64,000 bases of DNA from Candidatus Methanoperedenaceae archaeon (GTDB lineage: Archaea > Halobacteriota > Methanosarcinia > Methanosarcinales > Methanoperedenaceae). Where the stretch lies: assembly GCA_963753595.1 (NCBI GenBank), contig CAVWCX010000023.1:32001-96000 (forward strand), read 5' to 3'. Positions 62,411-64,000 of this stretch are shown in pieces; positions within the stretch are counted from its first letter, which is position 1; every line of letters begins with the position of its first letter. The notes under the pieces were generated by a model. That model saw nothing but the letters and a program-made list of their open reading frames with translations. It made no database searches and was not told where the DNA came from. The translations under genes and the position numbers were made by a program.

Positions 62411-63706
62411 TCATACTTTTAAACTATTTAACCCTGATGAAAAACAATAAATGGTATACATGATGAGGACAAGGTTAATCCCTGCTGTAAAAGGTATTAA
62501 GAAATCACCATTCACAAATGCAATTCCTGTATTTGCCATCTCCAGGACAAAGTGCAGGTTGAACAAAAAAGTTATTGTCGCTAATAAATACACATAAGAA
62601 AGACGCCTGTCAAAGGCCATTGCAACCGCAAGAGGTGCAAAAAGAGAAAAGAGATACCTTTCATGTATCCGGGTAAAGAACATGAAAAACCCGAAAAATA
62701 ATATCGCTGAGGCGATATATATCGATCTTTCGTCTTTTCGTTCCATGATAATGTGTGCCACATAAACAAAAAGTATGCTGAATAAGATATATCCCCATGT
62801 TCGATATGTCAAAAAAAGGAAAATCGTATTATCAGGCTGGAACAGACCTCCAAAAGCCCATATATTGTAAGCGTTTAAAGAATTGAACGGATATTGGCTA
62901 TATGATGAAAAATATAGCTTGAAAAGTTCAAAAATCGACGTATGCAGATAGAAAGGCAATGCCAGGATAACAAACGCAGAACATGATGCGGTTGATACTT
63001 TTACAATTGTGGATGGTGAATGTTTTTTTAGCATTACCAGGGCAAAAAGAGGAACAAGCACAAGACTCTGGGGCTTGGTCAGGACCGCCAAGGCAAGAGA
63101 CGTTCCTGCGATCACAGGCTTTCCTGCGACAAATTCCATAAGAGCGAACATTATAAACAGAGTGTAAACTGAATCCACCTGCCCCCATATTGCAGAGTTG
63201 TAGATGATGGCAGGATTGAATGCATAAACTGTCATGGAAAGGAAAGACATATTGAAACTCCCATATTTCCTTACGATCAAAAATATCAATAAAGCAGTTG
63301 CAATATCAGCTATTATAGCAGGAGTTTTTAGTAAAATCGTAAACACAGGGGAATGAATATCAAAGGATGAAGAAATGAATGATTGATAAAATGCTCCTAC
63401 TGCCCACAGAATATAGATATATAATGGGGGATAATCGGACTTTACACCCTGATAAAAATTAGAAATCCCTGTAAAATGAACTCCACGGCTCCATGTCCGA
63501 AACATTGAAATATCGAATTCAAATCCCTCCAATGCAGATAGATACATTCGTACAAGAAAGGCAAAAAATAAAATAAGGGCAACCGATATATATTGATTTC
63601 TTGTAATGCTAAACCAGGCGTTGATCTTTGATCTAATATCTTTTCCAGTAATCTGGAAAATGTTTTTGAGAATAATACCATCCCCAACGTTTAATTGTGA
63701 AACCAA
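62411..63706 (-). CDS. GT-C fold membrane glycosyltransferase (mannosyltransferase-like)
   Basis: DYPPLY, FNPA..YNSAIWGQVDS, KPQ, HERY; multi-TM. Confidence 0.8.
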   Translation of the reverse strand: MVSQLNVGDGIILKNIFQITGKDIRSKINAWFSITRNQYISVALILFFAFLVRMYLSALEGFEFDISMFRTWSRGVHFTGISNFYQGVKSDYPPLYIYILWAVGAFYQSFISSSFDIHSPVFTILLKTPAIIADIATALLIFLIVRKYGSFNMSFLSMTVYAFNPAIIYNSAIWGQVDSVYTLFIMFALMEFVAGKPVIAGTSLALAVLTKPQSLVLVPLFALVMLKKHSPSTIVKVSTASCSAFVILALPFYLHTSIFELFKLYFSSYSQYPFNSLNAYNIWAFGGLFQPDNTIFLFLTYRTWGYILFSILFVYVAHIIMERKDERSIYIASAILFFGFFMFFTRIHERYLFSLFAPLAVAMAFDRRLSYVYLLATITFLFNLHFVLEMANTGIAFVNGDFLIPFTAGINLVLIMYTIYCFSSGLNSLKV

Positions 63707-63766
63707 TATTTAAGATTTTGTGTGCCACAAATTATATATCTTTTACCACTGTTTCCGTCTCCTGCA

Positions 63767-64000
63767 ATGGGAATAAAAGAAAATGCCATAAGGCAATTCG
63801 GGAAACAGGCGAAAGCTTACTCAAAAGGCAATATTTTTGTGGATGGGGTCCATCTTTCAAAAATAGTGGAAAAAAGTGGCGTAAAAGAAAATGACCGGGT
63901 CCTGGATATAGCCACAGGCTCAGGATTTCTTGCGCTTGAATTCGCAAAAAAATCAACTGAGGTCATAGGTTGTGACATTACACGCAACATGCTGCTTTAT
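63767..64000 (+). CDS. Class I SAM-dependent methyltransferase (runs off window end)
   Basis: MGIKENAIRQFGKQAKAY...RVLDIATGSGF...VIGCDIT..ML. Confidence 0.85.
   Translation, partial: MGIKENAIRQFGKQAKAYSKGNIFVDGVHLSKIVEKSGVKENDRVLDIATGSGFLALEFAKKSTEVIGCDITRNMLLY

Noticed and set aside
1-64000. CRISPR array, integrase, transposase or rRNA
   Set aside because: No repeat-spacer array, recombinase/transposase motifs or rRNA sequence recognised; no att-like duplication of the tRNA 3' ends seen

Overview
64 kb of a methanogen-related euryarchaeal chromosome (Methanosarcinales). Gene content, roughly 40% GC and the 9-nt-period palindromic repeats suggest Ca. Methanoperedens/ANME-2d; this is inference. 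Housekeeping genes: purL, ftr, mptA, mutL, cgi121, carB, aroA'/aroB', an ftsZ paralog, RNase HI, htpX, tRNA-Asn and tRNA-Ile2. Also two PIN toxin-antitoxin pairs, two ABC clusters, an S-layer paralog, a ~3 kb AT-rich island (DUF3800 plus 3' hairpin RNA, iteron-like repeats, AbrB/wHTH pair) and an 11.5 kb tandem array of five chemoreceptors and three cheW genes next to a KaiC-like ATPase and an ArlC/D/E-like gene. Most notable: (1) a MamK-like actin directly coupled to an ArlD/E-domain coiled-coil protein; (2) four intergenic arrays of TTG(C/A)TA phased at ~11 bp around the chemotaxis/ArlCDE locus, resembling a centromere. Together these suggest an actin-based polar positioning or segregation system. 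Other items: a shared TGTGAA-N5-TGTGAA promoter element, a conserved MCP C-terminal tail motif, a circularly permuted solute-binding protein and probable non-canonical start codons. Several single-base frameshifts look like long-read consensus errors.
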